Origin: Eledone cirrhosa | Taxonomy: Eukaryota | DNA: 64,000 nt | NCBI GenBank assembly: GCA_964016885.1 | Contig: OZ024743.1 | Span: 351,726,001 to 351,790,000, forward strand | Direction: 5' to 3' | Shown: positions 26,636 to 38,971 of the stretch, in pieces | Position numbering within the stretch: position 1 is the first letter of the stretch | Layout of the letters: the number at the start of each line of letters is the position of its first letter | Made by a program: the position numbers and the translations under genes | The notes under the pieces: generated by a model | Told to the model about the DNA's origin: nothing | Database searches by the model: none | What the model saw: only the letters and a program-made list of their open reading frames with translations

Positions 26636-27690
26636 TTCAAATGAATAATAATTGTTTCTACTTTAGGCACAAGGCCAGCAATTACCCAGTGCATTACTGG
26701 TACTTTATTTTATCGACCCCGCAAGGATGAAAGGCAAAATCAACCTCGGCGGGATTTGAACTCAGATCGTAAAGGGACTTAACTATGCTGGAAAGCATGG
26801 CGTCCGACCCTCTACCGATACTGCCAATCCACCGCGCCATTATTATTATTCAAATGAATAATAATTGTTTCTACTTTAGGCACAAGGCTAGCAATTACCC
26901 AGTGCATTACTGGTACTTTATTTTATCGACCCCGTAAGGATGAAAGGCAAAGTCAACCTCGGCGGGATTTGAACTCAGATTGTAAAGGGATGTAACTATG
27001 CTGGAAAGCATGGCGTGCGACCCTCTACCGATACTGCCAATCCACCGCCCTTTTCAAATGAATAATAATAATTTCTAATATGTGCACCTGGTCACAAGTT
27101 TTGGTCATTTAATTGACATCAGTATCTAAATTACATGTATTACATGTATTTTATTGACTGTGAAAGTCAAGCTCAACAGGATTTGAACTGAGACTATAAA
27201 AACGCATAATACCAAAATTATTTTGTCTGGCTTCTAATGATTCTGCCAAACATAATAATGCTTTCTTATACAGGCACAAGGCCAGCAATTTTGCGGGAGG
27301 GGAAAGTTGATTAAATCGACCCCAGTGCGTCACTGCTACTTTATTTTATCGATCCCGTAAGGATGAAAGGCAAAGTTAACCTCGGTGGGATTTGAACTCA
27401 GATCATAAAGGGCTGTAACTCTATGCTGCAAAGCATGGCATCCGACCCTCTACCAATACTGCCAAACATAATAATTGTTTCTACTTTTGGTACAAGGCCA
27501 GCAATTACCCAGTGCACTACTGGTACTTTATTTTATCGACCCCGCTAAACATAATAATAATAAAGATCTCTACTTTAGGCACAAGGCCAGTAATTTTATG
27601 GGAGAGAAAAAGTCAATCAAATCGACCCTCAGTACTTTATTTTATTAACCAACAGAAAGATGGACCTTGCTGGGATTTGAACTCAGAACT
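26636..27690 (-). mobile_element. SINE cluster (5 or more full or partial copies)
   Basis: Near-identical full copies at about 26650-26838 and 26863-27050, plus further copies at 27253-27690. Confidence 0.9.
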
Positions 27691-30069
27691 TAAAAAAAAA
27701 AACAATAAAAATTATTATTATAATGCCTCAAATAAAGTGGTAGGAAAATGGAAATTTGAGACCTTCATGGGAATTAAGAACATATTTAAAGTACTAAATT
27801 ACTCTCTTAGGTATCTCCATTTATACGTTAATATAGCCATTGAAATTTAGCCATCATCATTATTTTAAGTCAGCATTCTATCCTGGCATGGGTTGGACAG
27901 TTCATCTCTGTCCAAGTCAGTTCTTATTCAGAGTTACTGACCTCCTAGATGGGCCAGAAGATCAAGTCTTGCTCATATGTTCCATTATTGGTACAGTTAT
28001 GTACCAAATACCCTTTGTAACACTATGGCCAAATACCCTTTGTAACACTAACACTTTACAGAGAGCAATGGTTACATTTTACTGTGACACCAACATTAGT
28101 GAGGGGCTTATGATCATAACAGGACTAAAGGGTCTCTTCCACTTATTCACCAACCACTTCACATGGTGCATTTTATCATAACACAAATACTAGTGAGGTA
28201 GCCTTGGATATTGCAAAACTAAAAAGTACTTACTACTCAATACAGTCTTTGTTCTATCAGGTAATGAGATGAAGAAGGTGAATAGAGAAGTGAGCAATAA
28301 CAAAAATAACCAGAGTGAATGGAGTGAGAGTATACTAGGAGAAACAGAGTGACCAGGGTGAGGTGACACAGTAATTATTTATTTCAACTAGACAAAAAGC
28401 AATTCTTAATTGAGGGGAAGCTGGTGAATTAAATCTACTCTGTATATCATTGACATATACTTTATCAACTTCACTGTGATTTGAACACAAAACATAGGGA
28501 ATTGAAATTAAATACTCAAAGGCTCAGTCCAACACTAATATTCTAAATAATAATTGCTTACATTAGCATAACATCTCACATTTACAGGCAAAGAGAAATT
28601 GAAAAGGATGACCATGTCTTTCTCAAGGACATTTACAAAATAGGTGAAACTGTTCTGAACAGGGGTTGAAACCACATTGTGAATCTGGTTTATGAAGCAC
28701 ATACCACTGCACCAATACTGTTCACTACAATTAAGACTATACCAACATATTAGCAAAAACAGTGGCCAAAGATTTCAAAAGCAAAGTTTAGCTGTAGTTT
28801 TAACATGTGCATACTACATTACTTTAAAGTGATCGCCATACTTGAAAGTTAGTACATTACATTGTCTGAAGGTAAAATGCCTACTATGCTTAGATTAGTA
28901 AAGGTGATTAGATTTTTTTTAAACCACATCTAACAATAGGCAATTCTCAAACACAAAGCATTTCCAAATTGTACTCACTGTTAAGAAAAATTCCAACATC
29001 TTCAAATTACATAAAGCAATATCTAAAATATATGATAATCACATAATCAGAGTAGTAACAAAGTCTCTGTAAAATATTTTTGTATCTTTAATGCAAGACA
29101 ATGAGAAAATATATTTTACGATTTTACAGTTGTTAATCCAGAATTTTATATAAATAATAAAAAAACTTTCATTTAGATTCAAGGTGCTAACCATGCTAAA
29201 AGTACTGTAGCTGTTTCAGTTGTCCCTTCAGGCATAATAAAATGATGGCCTCACAGTTGAAAACAGGTTTCTTAAATAACTCAAATGGAAACTTGTTCAG
29301 ATCCAAAATAATATTCTATAAACAATCCCTCCACTTTTAACAGAACTAAGGGTATTTAGATATCATTTAAAATGTTGAAAAATAAAATTAAGAATTAATA
29401 AATATATTGAATTAAAAAATTCACTAAAAGCAATTGAAATGCTTATGTATGTATATATCCATATGTTATGGCAAACGTGAGAAGTACTCAATAACACAGA
29501 ATCTAGCATTTTATAAAGGTTGATCACCTGACATGTAGCCAATTCCTTAGCAGAAGAAAATGAATTCAGCTTTTTTCTGTTTGAGGAATCAGCCACTCCA
29601 AAGTTACAGGCTCTGGATGAGCCAGCTTTAATAATAATAATTATATATATATTATATACATACATGTATATGTTGGTGTGTGTATTGACAGATAATATAT
29701 AAAGCCCACAGAAATTTGTGTCTATGCGATAGAGGGGGGAGGGGGGGGGGGCAATATTCTGAAAATGCACTACTCAGTTTAAATGTACACATACAAAACA
29801 GTATACAATCACAATCTGTAGGAGTAAACTTTTGAAATCATTAAAACTTTGTTCAAATGCATACTAGAGAGATCATGCAAGTTGGAATCTAACAGGAATA
29901 TCTCAAACTATAGCTAAAATTTATTTAATGCTTCCTTTTTACAGTTAACAAACATGCTGACACAAAGACAGCTTTTTTCCATTTAGACTTTTAAGCTAAA
30001 GTGAATCAATGTTATTTGAATAATTTTTTTATGTGTGCTATAGTTTATTTTTTAATATCCAACTTGATA

Positions 30070-30294
30070 CAGGTAAAATTCTGTTGTAACAAATCCCATT
30101 ATAACAAATTTTTCAGTATCATCATCATCGTTTAACGTCCATATTCCACGCTTGCATGAAACAAAATTTGTTTCAATCCCCATGTTAATACAAACAAACG
30201 CTTGATTTGTTTTGGTCAATCACATTATAATGAATTTTTCGTTAGAACGAAATTTTTTTATATCCGTGAATTTCGTTATAACAGAATTCCACTG
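30070..30294. mobile_element. Tigger/pogo-like MITE with a short RTE tail inserted (30117-30158)
   Basis: TA|CAGGTAAAATTCTGTT...AACAGAATTCCACTG|TA; internal atcatcatcatcgtttaacgtcc. Confidence 0.7.
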
Positions 30295-30856
30295 TATTAT
30301 TTGGATGGGGCAGAAAATGTTTCCTGCGATCTTAATAATCATGAAAATGTTGATATGAAAGAAATGCATTGTTAAAGATGAAAAAGTAAATGTTTACTTC
30401 CATCTTTTAAGAATACAAAGAAAAAGGATATATTTGATAATGTAATCCATGATATAGTTTGTTATCCCATTAATAAAGCCTATGAAACAATCAAGAACCA
30501 TGTGGAAACAGCAGACAAGACATCTACATGGTTCCCAAAACGTGATTGATAGGGGTCAGTAGAATGCCACGTGGACACAGGTTGAGGTTTGATCAACCTG
30601 TTGAGTCATTTAGATTAGAATGCATGTTGTAAGACCCAAAACACCCAGTGACTCCAGGATACAAAACTAGTGCAACTGAAGGTTTAAGAAGAACTGAAAC
30701 TGTCGGAAGAAAAGATGAACAATCTCAGTTGGAATGCTTTTGATCATAGTTCTGCTCAATCAGAGCTGACATGGGGCTAAACAATAAGAAAACTTGAGAT
30801 TAAACTGGCTGATGAAATACTGATGAAAAACTATTTTCAAATATGTAGGGATTTAA

Positions 30857-31077
30857 CCTTTTCATTACCATATTTTTAATGAAATACACTTCCTATATGT
30901 TTCAAATTATTTTGAAAATAATCAAGAATTTGGAAGGATTTAGTAATATAAATAACTTTCTCACCATTTATCTGGTGTTTGGAACATAATTTAACAAAGG
31001 TTCTTACATGATGAAAGATTTTTAGATAAACAAACATTTTAAAACAAACAGTTTCTGGCAGTTTGGAATCAAAAAGG
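30857..31077. mobile_element. piggyBac-type MITE family B (other copies about 23781-24000, 40600-40820, 58005-58246, 62200-62437)
   Basis: TTAA|CCTTTT...AAAAAGG|TTAA with shared internal sequence across copies. Confidence 0.7.
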
Positions 31078-32419
31078 TTAAAGAAAAATAGATATTTCTT
31101 GGAACACAACAATTTCATTTAAGCCAAATCGATAGTGTTTCAGTGCACTATAAATTGTTTTAAATACCACTTCTCCATAACATTTGAGATGTTTATAATG
31201 TTTTGGGAAATATCTCCTATGTCAAGGTTAAACATCTTGATTTCAGAAAACGTTTACACCCTAGGTACAGGGTTTGCTGTGTGGTTAAACAGTTTGCTTT
31301 ACTGCCATGCCTTTCCTGGTTCAATTCCATTGCAAGGCACCCCGAGCAAGTGTCTTATGAATGGAATTTAGCAAGCTTGTCACATATATGTACAGTGTCA
31401 TCATTATCATTTAATGTGTTTTACCCTGCTAATAAGGGTACTCAAGCAAGGTTACTGTACTTTCAGACAGGCCAGGGGCTTGCATCTTGTTTATGATCCC
31501 ACACTCTACCAAGTGCATTTTATCAAGGCACCGACACTAAAGAGTTTGTGATGTACGTGACACAGCTGAAGGGGCATCCCAGCCCTTTATTTGACAGGTT
31601 TTCTACAATTTGATGCCCTCCTATCATCAACCACTTTACAGAGTGTACTGGATGAGTTTATCATATAGATCATCAACACTATGGAGGTTGTTGAAGTGTT
31701 GACACATCTGAAGAGTTTTCTCAACTCTTTTCAGTATGGCTTCTACAGAAGAGTGCCCTTCCTATCATCAACCATCTTACATTACATACTGAGTGCATTT
31801 TTCATGACACCAGCACTAGAGAGGTTATCATTCATTGTCTTAACTGGAGAGGCCTCTCTACCCTACAGGGTGGAGGGAAGGAAGACAAATATGATGTTAT
31901 GTGTGTATGACAAGTGGTAGAATTTGAAATTGTGATGAGTAGGAAGGAAAAAATGACTTCCAACAGCATGTGTAGGAGAGGGGTACTGACCAAATGTCAG
32001 GATTTTAGAGTGGGGTGTAGTGATGACAAGAATAGCTATTAAGGAATAGTATTGGAGGGGACATGGAAGGAGTGTAGAGAAATAGTGAGACTAGCTACTA
32101 AGGAGTGCAAATGGAGGGGGACATGGGGATAGGTTAGGTCATATTTTATGCTGGTAGGCAGATCTTCTCCAATACAGCAAGTTGCCAATTCTCAGTCCTT
32201 TGTCATCTCCATTACAAGGTTCAATTTCACTACCTAATCACAAGTTTCCCTGAGTTTTCCTCTTCCATGAATGTCAATTACTCAGATTTATATATATATA
32301 TATTTATATATCATTACGAGGTTTACTTTGCCTTTCATCCTTACGGGGTCGATAAAATAAAGTACCAGTAATGCATTGGGTAATTGCTGGCCTTGTGCCA
32401 AAAGTAGAAACAATTATTC

Positions 32420-32900
32420 AATGTCTATTTTTCCAGTTAGCAAAGTGCCTTTGAAGGTCTTCTGCAGTCAAGACCAATGTCTCACTACCATGTAGCATTG
32501 CAGGCATCATACAGTTTACCCTTCACTCTCAGAAAGAAGTCCTTTGTTGTTAGTAGAGGTACTAGCTCCCTAAACTTTTTCCAGCACATTTTTATTTTTG
32601 ACTACCACACTTTCACAGCATCCTTCCCCACTGCTTATTACATCACCTAGGTAACACAAACTATCAACAACTTCTAGGGAGCTTCACAGATAATTGAGGC
32701 AATCTATTTCATGTATGCCCTTAGTTCTTATATTTTGTTGCATCTGCCACATACTAAGTCTATCTCCTTTAACCTGTCTGAAATGCCAATAATCTCTTGC
32801 ACATCCATAGATTACACTGTGTGCACCTTATGGAATTTCTGCTTACCATTTTTCAACATATTGAGCAAGGCCACTTCTGTCCTCTTTCCTATTAAAACTT
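32420..32900 (-). mobile_element. Degraded RTE fragment
   Basis: Homologous to 45950-46400 (GKWPC, FCYLGD, HGSETW remnants). Confidence 0.7.
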
Positions 32901-35900
32901 TGTGTGTATCTGTATTTATGTTTACACAAGTCTAAAAATAGTGTTTATGTTGTGTCTAGGGATTAATAAAATAAGTACCACATTGGAATAAGAACTGGAG
33001 AGCTGCAGTCCAATTACTGAAACCAGTAAAAGAAAATAGTGTTAATAGCATATTGATTAAAAAGACACTATTCAATATAATTGTCCATGATAGTGTTAAA
33101 CTATAATATTCTTTTGTCATTACACTCTCCTGGTCATGTTGCTTACAATAAATGGCAGCAATGGTTGTTAGTAAGTACGCTTCAGTTTTACAATATTCAA
33201 GACAACCTCACTAGTGTTGATGCTATAAAATGCACAGTACATTCTGTCATATGACAGGCAATTACACAGAGATAACATAGGGTTGAAAGAGCACTTTAGC
33301 CCTGTTAAGCACATAAACTCTCTAGTGCTAATACCATGGCAAAATGTACCCTGTGCACACTGTAAATAGGTTGGTGGCCAAAAATTAAATGTACAAAAGA
33401 GACGTGATCTTTTGACCTGTCTAGGAGGTAGTAACTCAAACCATGTCAATCTGTCCAACCCATTCACGGAAAGCTGTGTTCTAATCATCCTATGTTCTAT
33501 TTTCACAAAAACCAAATTGTAATTCTGTTCATGATGATGATGATTTGCTTTCCATGCTGGCTGAGTTAGATGGACCATCATGGTTTGAGACCAGACTGGT
33601 TAAAGAACTCTATCTTGCTCATACATTCCATATTTAGCATGATTTCTATAACTGAATACTCTTCCTAATACCAACACCTTTACAGAGTATACTGAGTGTA
33701 TGTTATCATGACACCTGAACAATCACTTTGCAGGGTGTATTGGGTATATTTTATCATGGTGCCAGCACTACCATTTACAGAGTGTATTGGGTGCATTTTA
33801 TTATGGCACCAACACCAGAGAGGTTGTTGTGACCTCACCAGGGGAAATAACAGCAGTAATGAGAGAGGGGTGTGAGATTTTTGAATAATGGATACACAAT
33901 TTTTTACAGAGAAATAGGGAGAAAGCGGGAACAAGTATTGGGTTGTGTTAGCAATGGCATAAAAATTTTAAAAAACAACTTTATTTATTTAAATTTATTC
34001 TCAAATATGAATAATTTGTTTTTGCATTAACTAGTTATTGCAAATGTTGGCAGTCCCCACCCCCTCAAATGACATCACTGTTTCTCCCCAGACAAACGAG
34101 CTAGAAAAAATGCTCCCAGTTATTTTTATCAATTGTCTATAAACTTTCATATGCATTACTGTATTGAAAGAACATGTCCTTTGTGACAAAACAAAAAAAA
34201 ACATATTCCACAAGATATACATTCAACCTGACACTCCATCATGTTAGACAGACATATCCAGAAACCATATAGTCAATTCTACCCAAACATACATGAATAT
34301 ATCTAGAAAAAAAATATAAAATGTTATTCACACTGATTATGTAGATACATGTAAACAGCATATTCATTATCTCCCACCTCTCGCTGCCCCATGGTACACA
34401 GACATATTGAATGCATTTCCTAATGTCACTATCTTCACTGTTAAAGAGATAGAACTAGTGGCAATGGTGACCCATGACGAATGGTACCTTCTCTCAGCTA
34501 CAGAAAATCCAGCTCATTGGAAGCCATATCTTAATCTTGGAGTGTGTATGCCACAGCTAAAGAGCTCTATATACTTTCCTCCTGGATAGAGTTTCTGACA
34601 AAGGTCCATTACAACAGAGCTCTTGTTCACCGCCTTGAGTCATGCATCTTATGTTTGTCCTGCTGGGTTTTTATCAACTCTCTTCCCTAGACTAACCTAG
34701 TACGAATTACCAGTTTATATAGCAACTACCCAACCATGTAATAAACAGTACTAGGTTACATCACAATAGCACACACAAAGCAACCTGACAAGGAGATCTG
34801 ATACTCTCATAATATATGGTTGTAGCTAGAGTCAAGATAATCTGAATTCCACACATAATTCAGACTATTATTAATACCATATTGTCTTTTCTGAAAACCA
34901 CATTACCAAAACTACACCAAAGAGGGTATGTTCCTATTTATGTTCAAAACAAACTAATTATTAAATCTCTATAAGGCCCAACCTGACAAATCCTATGCTA
35001 TACACTCATGCATGCTGAACAAACCTCTATTTCATTAGTGAATCCTTGCTCACTAAAAATGTTCTTTATCTTCTTATGTAAAATACTTCTTTTTTTAAAT
35101 TGATTTGGTCTTAAGAGAAGGGCTGTACATGTAACTTTCACAGGTCCCCCCGATGCTAGTAAAACTGATACAGTTATCATTGCTCTTGAATAGTTGCAAG
35201 TCAACAGCTGCAGGAAAAACATGGATGGGCAAGAAAGATGCTTCAGAAGGTTGACATTTTGTGAAGGAAGGACTAGACGTAATTGTTAGTGTGGGTTTCG
35301 GAGAGAAGAACAACATGGGTGATAGAAACAAATGAATTGCAAGTGCTTGAGTGGAAGTTACAAGAAACAAGTTCCTTGTTTAATGCTGCCAGCCACTTAT
35401 CTAACTGAATTCTCAGATACATCTTTCAAGTGAAAAACGAAACTGAGAAAACAAGTTAGTTAGTTAAAATTGTGTTTAATATAGACTGCCCAAAAGCTCA
35501 TGGTCCAGAGAAAATTCATTTATATTAAAGGGTTCCTTGGTAATGAAAATTAGGGAAACCACTGAGCAATATATTCTCCAAAATCTAAATAAAAGACTTG
35601 CAAAAGTTTTTTCTTTTTTTTTTATAAAGCATGGAATCGCATATAAGGTACTTATTACATTCTATGTGAAAGTACACTAAATAATTGTTCAATTCATTAA
35701 TTGGGTTCAAATACATGTCAATTTTCAGAAGTGAATTCAATTTCAATAAAACCCTAGGTAATAAATTAAAAATAGAATTTCAATAATCTGTTATCTGGAT
35801 CTACAACCAAACCAATGTCATCATTGTACTAACAGCAGCTGAGATTGCTTGATTTGTAGTTATAAGGAATCAATGAAAAATCATTTACTTCTATCGTTAT

Positions 35901-36414
35901 ACTGATCAATTAGCCTATATAGGATCCTTATTTCTTTCTGATATTGTCAATATTTTTCCTTTAATCTAACTTAAGTTTAAATGTTCGAATGGTTAGAAAA
36001 TACTCGAACTAAAGCCACTTTACTTTAAATAGTAATTCTTTGAAAAACTGATTTAGCATAAATAAAGATAATTTAGCAATACGATTAAGAGAAATGAGGA
36101 AAAGAATAACTGACAGAAACAGTATCATAAACAAATTTTAAAAAGACAATTTTACCTATTTCGTAAATATACAAACACAGCAAACTTACATGATATCGAA
36201 TATAGTACAGGTGTAGTTTGGTATGTTAAATTCTTATACAAACAAAGAACGAAAATATACATAATAAATACAAATAATGAAGGAAGCCTTGATGTGAACA
36301 TACAGAACTGAATCAATTTAACACCAAAATTCAGTGTTTTATTTTCATTTTTTTCTTTATCTTCAATTAACTGTTTTCTGTATGATTATTTGCTGCATTC
36401 GGATGGTTATTTTG

Positions 36415-36597
36415 ATTGGCAGTATCGGTAGAGGGTCGGACGCCATGCTTTCCAGCATAGTTACGTCCCTTTACGATCTGAGTTCAAATCCCGCCGAGGT
36501 TGACTTTGCCTTTCATCTTTACGGGGTCGATAAAATAAAGTACCAGTAATGCACTGGTTTATTGCTGGCCTTGTGCCTAAAGTAGAAACAGTTATTT
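36415..36597 (+). mobile_element. Full-length young tRNA-derived SINE. Similar copies at 21310, 32317, 39812, 44643, 50265, 50400, 51720, 52765, 57287, 57405, 60095, 60278, 61500, 61838
   Basis: A box TGGCAGTATCGG (36417), B box GAGTTCAAATCC (36480), core gcctttcatc...ggggtcgataaa and AT-rich tail. Confidence 0.92.
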
Positions 36598-36599
36598 TC

Positions 36600-37640
36600 A
36601 TTCGTTAGTTCTAACAAACGAAACTAGAGCTTTGCAATCTTATTGTTATTCATCTTCGTGATTATCAGAAACGGCTTTAGTGAGTTCTAAATTCCTCAAA
36701 TTGAAACGTTTCCTTGATTTAAATAACTATATCTTAAATAAAGCGTAATTTCTAATTTGAAACGACTAAATCTAAATATATACGACACAAAACAAAGTTA
36801 CGCATTCAAATATCAAATAAACGAATATTATAAAAAAATAAATGAAATGTTTATAATTATATACATTTGTTAATTTAAAAAAACTGACTTAAATTGATGC
36901 AAACTAGTTAATAACTTTGGTATATTTTAAACTGCGTAAAAATCAGTTTTACAAACTTTTACTATGTAAATATCGCAAGGTAAATAAAAAAAAAAAAAGG
37001 TTGTGTTTGACAACACAGTAGCGTCAGTAAAACAAACGATGTTGACAACAGTCTCAAATAATTTTGTTACACTAGTTTTATAACAAACGTTACTTACATA
37101 TTAACTTACAACTAATATTATTTTATTTAGTGATAAATATAGTTGTTTTACCGCAGGCGTTGTTGTCTTGTACGGAGTCATAAGCAACGAACGCATGGAG
37201 AGAGTTGGCTTTTACTATCAACAAAACAGAGCTGGTTAATAGCAATAACTTGCACAAGGCCCCACAATTTCACATGCACAGGATGTATCCATTCCTAAGG
37301 CCGTTAAACTAATATTGCATACATCCATACTCAAATTGCAACAAAACAAAAATGAATAGCAGAAGAAATATAAGACTTCACCTTCTTCAGACACTCCGAC
37401 GTTCACTTCCTGCTGGTGTGTATTGAGCATGCGCATGTCAGTTAAATCTCTTCCGCTTTTGGAAGTAATATTATCCCAACTTGTTTGACTAGAAACAACC
37501 TGTCTGATTAAAATACACATATTACCTTACACAAGCAAATCCGTGAAATATACTTTGCACTGGTGTATTTTGGTGAATATTATTGTAACTTATTGATTTC
37601 TATGTGATGCAATGTGAAGATACATTTGTCTAATTGATTG
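36600..37640. promoter_or_regulatory. Putative bidirectional promoter region for STRAD (-) and TEDC1 (+)
   Basis: Lies between divergent genes and visibly retains CpGs. ETS-like CACTTCCTG at 37404 and NRF1-like GCATGCGCATG at 37427. Confidence 0.45.
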
Positions 37641-37645
37641 TGATA

Positions 37646-38971
37646 ATGTCTCTTAATATGGAAAAGAAAGTTATACGTTTGTTGACGAAAATTCTAGTCT
37701 GCCACGGAGCGACAAATGTGAAGGCAGACGTATTTCGTCTTTCAAAACTCGACAAACCCGAAGCAGTAACACCTATGCTGTGTTTACTGTTTGATGTGAT
37801 ACACATTTATAAATTTGGAATACCCCATCAATCTCACTGCGATTGTAAATTAGCTTTCAATTCTGCCAAATCTTCGAAACACGACCATGATTATACGTAT
37901 TTAGATTTCGTTCAGCGGGAATTATTTCAACTTGGTTACAAATCATGCGACCTCTTCAGCATCCCTGAAGACTTGTCATCGGGAAGTAGAGAACTGTTGT
38001 TAGCTCTATCTTGGTTTATCAATAAAATGGATTTCATGAATATACTTTTGGAGAAACATTTCTTCGAGACTACTGAGCAACTTGATGTTAATGATAAACC
38101 TAATATTAACGTGAGACCGGTGTCCAATTGCAGTGTAACTGACCAGTTAAAATATCTTGTTATGATAAATAATAAGATTAGAATGACTTCCAGACTTGTC
38201 CATGCCTTGCAACAGGAGTGTATCTCGTCTGCCCACCAACTCCATAAAGAAACTCAGGAACAGGGTATGCGAGCTAGCGTCAACCATTTGACCGTGCAAG
38301 AAGCTAGATTATTGCAGTCAGATCCTGAAAAAATATCTAAACAGTTAGAAAATGATAACAGCAGACTTGAAGATCTTCTGCAATGGAGGGAACTCGAAGA
38401 GACTTTTTGGAATTGGATGAAAACTGTTTTGGCATTAAAAATGCGATCAAAACCGGAAGAAAGGACAAGCTCGAAGTCCTTAACGAACCTTACTTATAAA
38501 GATTGTCAGTTTCTTGTTGAAGCAAAGACGAACCTTGAAAAAACCCTCCTTCCTTACAATGATATAGTCGGTGATTTAGACAAACTTTGGATAGAAAAGA
38601 AATTGCAACTGTGTGAAAGGGATCTCAATGAATTAGCCAGGGAGATTGACTTAGAAATCGATCAATTCTATAAAAAACATAATATTCCATACGAGCCTCG
38701 CACACAACAACCTCAACAACATTGTTACTTTTTCCTATCACAGCACACCACAGATGCTGAACATCATGCTAGCTGTTCTAAACTATTCACACAAAAAAAT
38801 TTAGATGAAAATGTTAGTCTCGTAAATGATCAAATAAAATTGTTAGAGAGCTTGATTAATGAACTGGACGAGAAAATTTTACTCAAGCAAGAAAGATATC
38901 AGAAACAAATCAGTGAAGTTGCATCTCAGTTCAAAGAATTTGCATGTATCCCATTATCTCCTTCATTGTGA
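37646..38971 (+). CDS. TEDC1: Tubulin epsilon and delta complex protein 1 (C14orf80 family), single-exon ORF of about 441 aa
   Basis: Longest ORF in the window. FRLSKLDKPEA, GSRELLLALSW and WRELEETFWNWMKTVL correspond to remembered human TEDC1 motifs (FRRAKFDRPEA, GSRELLLALSW, FWRWMDTVL). Coiled-coil-like C-terminus. First ATG at 37646. Confidence 0.9.
   Translation: MSLNMEKKVIRLLTKILVCHGATNVKADVFRLSKLDKPEAVTPMLCLLFDVIHIYKFGIPHQSHCDCKLAFNSAKSSKHDHDYTYLDFVQRELFQLGYKSCDLFSIPEDLSSGSRELLLALSWFINKMDFMNILLEKHFFETTEQLDVNDKPNINVRPVSNCSVTDQLKYLVMINNKIRMTSRLVHALQQECISSAHQLHKETQEQGMRASVNHLTVQEARLLQSDPEKISKQLENDNSRLEDLLQWRELEETFWNWMKTVLALKMRSKPEERTSSKSLTNLTYKDCQFLVEAKTNLEKTLLPYNDIVGDLDKLWIEKKLQLCERDLNELAREIDLEIDQFYKKHNIPYEPRTQQPQQHCYFFLSQHTTDAEHHASCSKLFTQKNLDENVSLVNDQIKLLESLINELDEKILLKQERYQKQISEVASQFKEFACIPLSPSL

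Noticed and set aside
29363-29770. 135-aa minus-strand ORF or possible exon near 29530-29626
   Set aside because: Low-complexity flanks, no recognisable homology and no convincing acceptor.
36415-36500. tRNA gene suggested by A and B boxes
   Set aside because: No cloverleaf; it is the head of a multicopy SINE.
37000-37500. X-box-like sequences near TEDC1 (gttgtgtttgacaac, gtttgactagaaac)
   Set aside because: Too many mismatches to the RFX consensus in AT-rich DNA.
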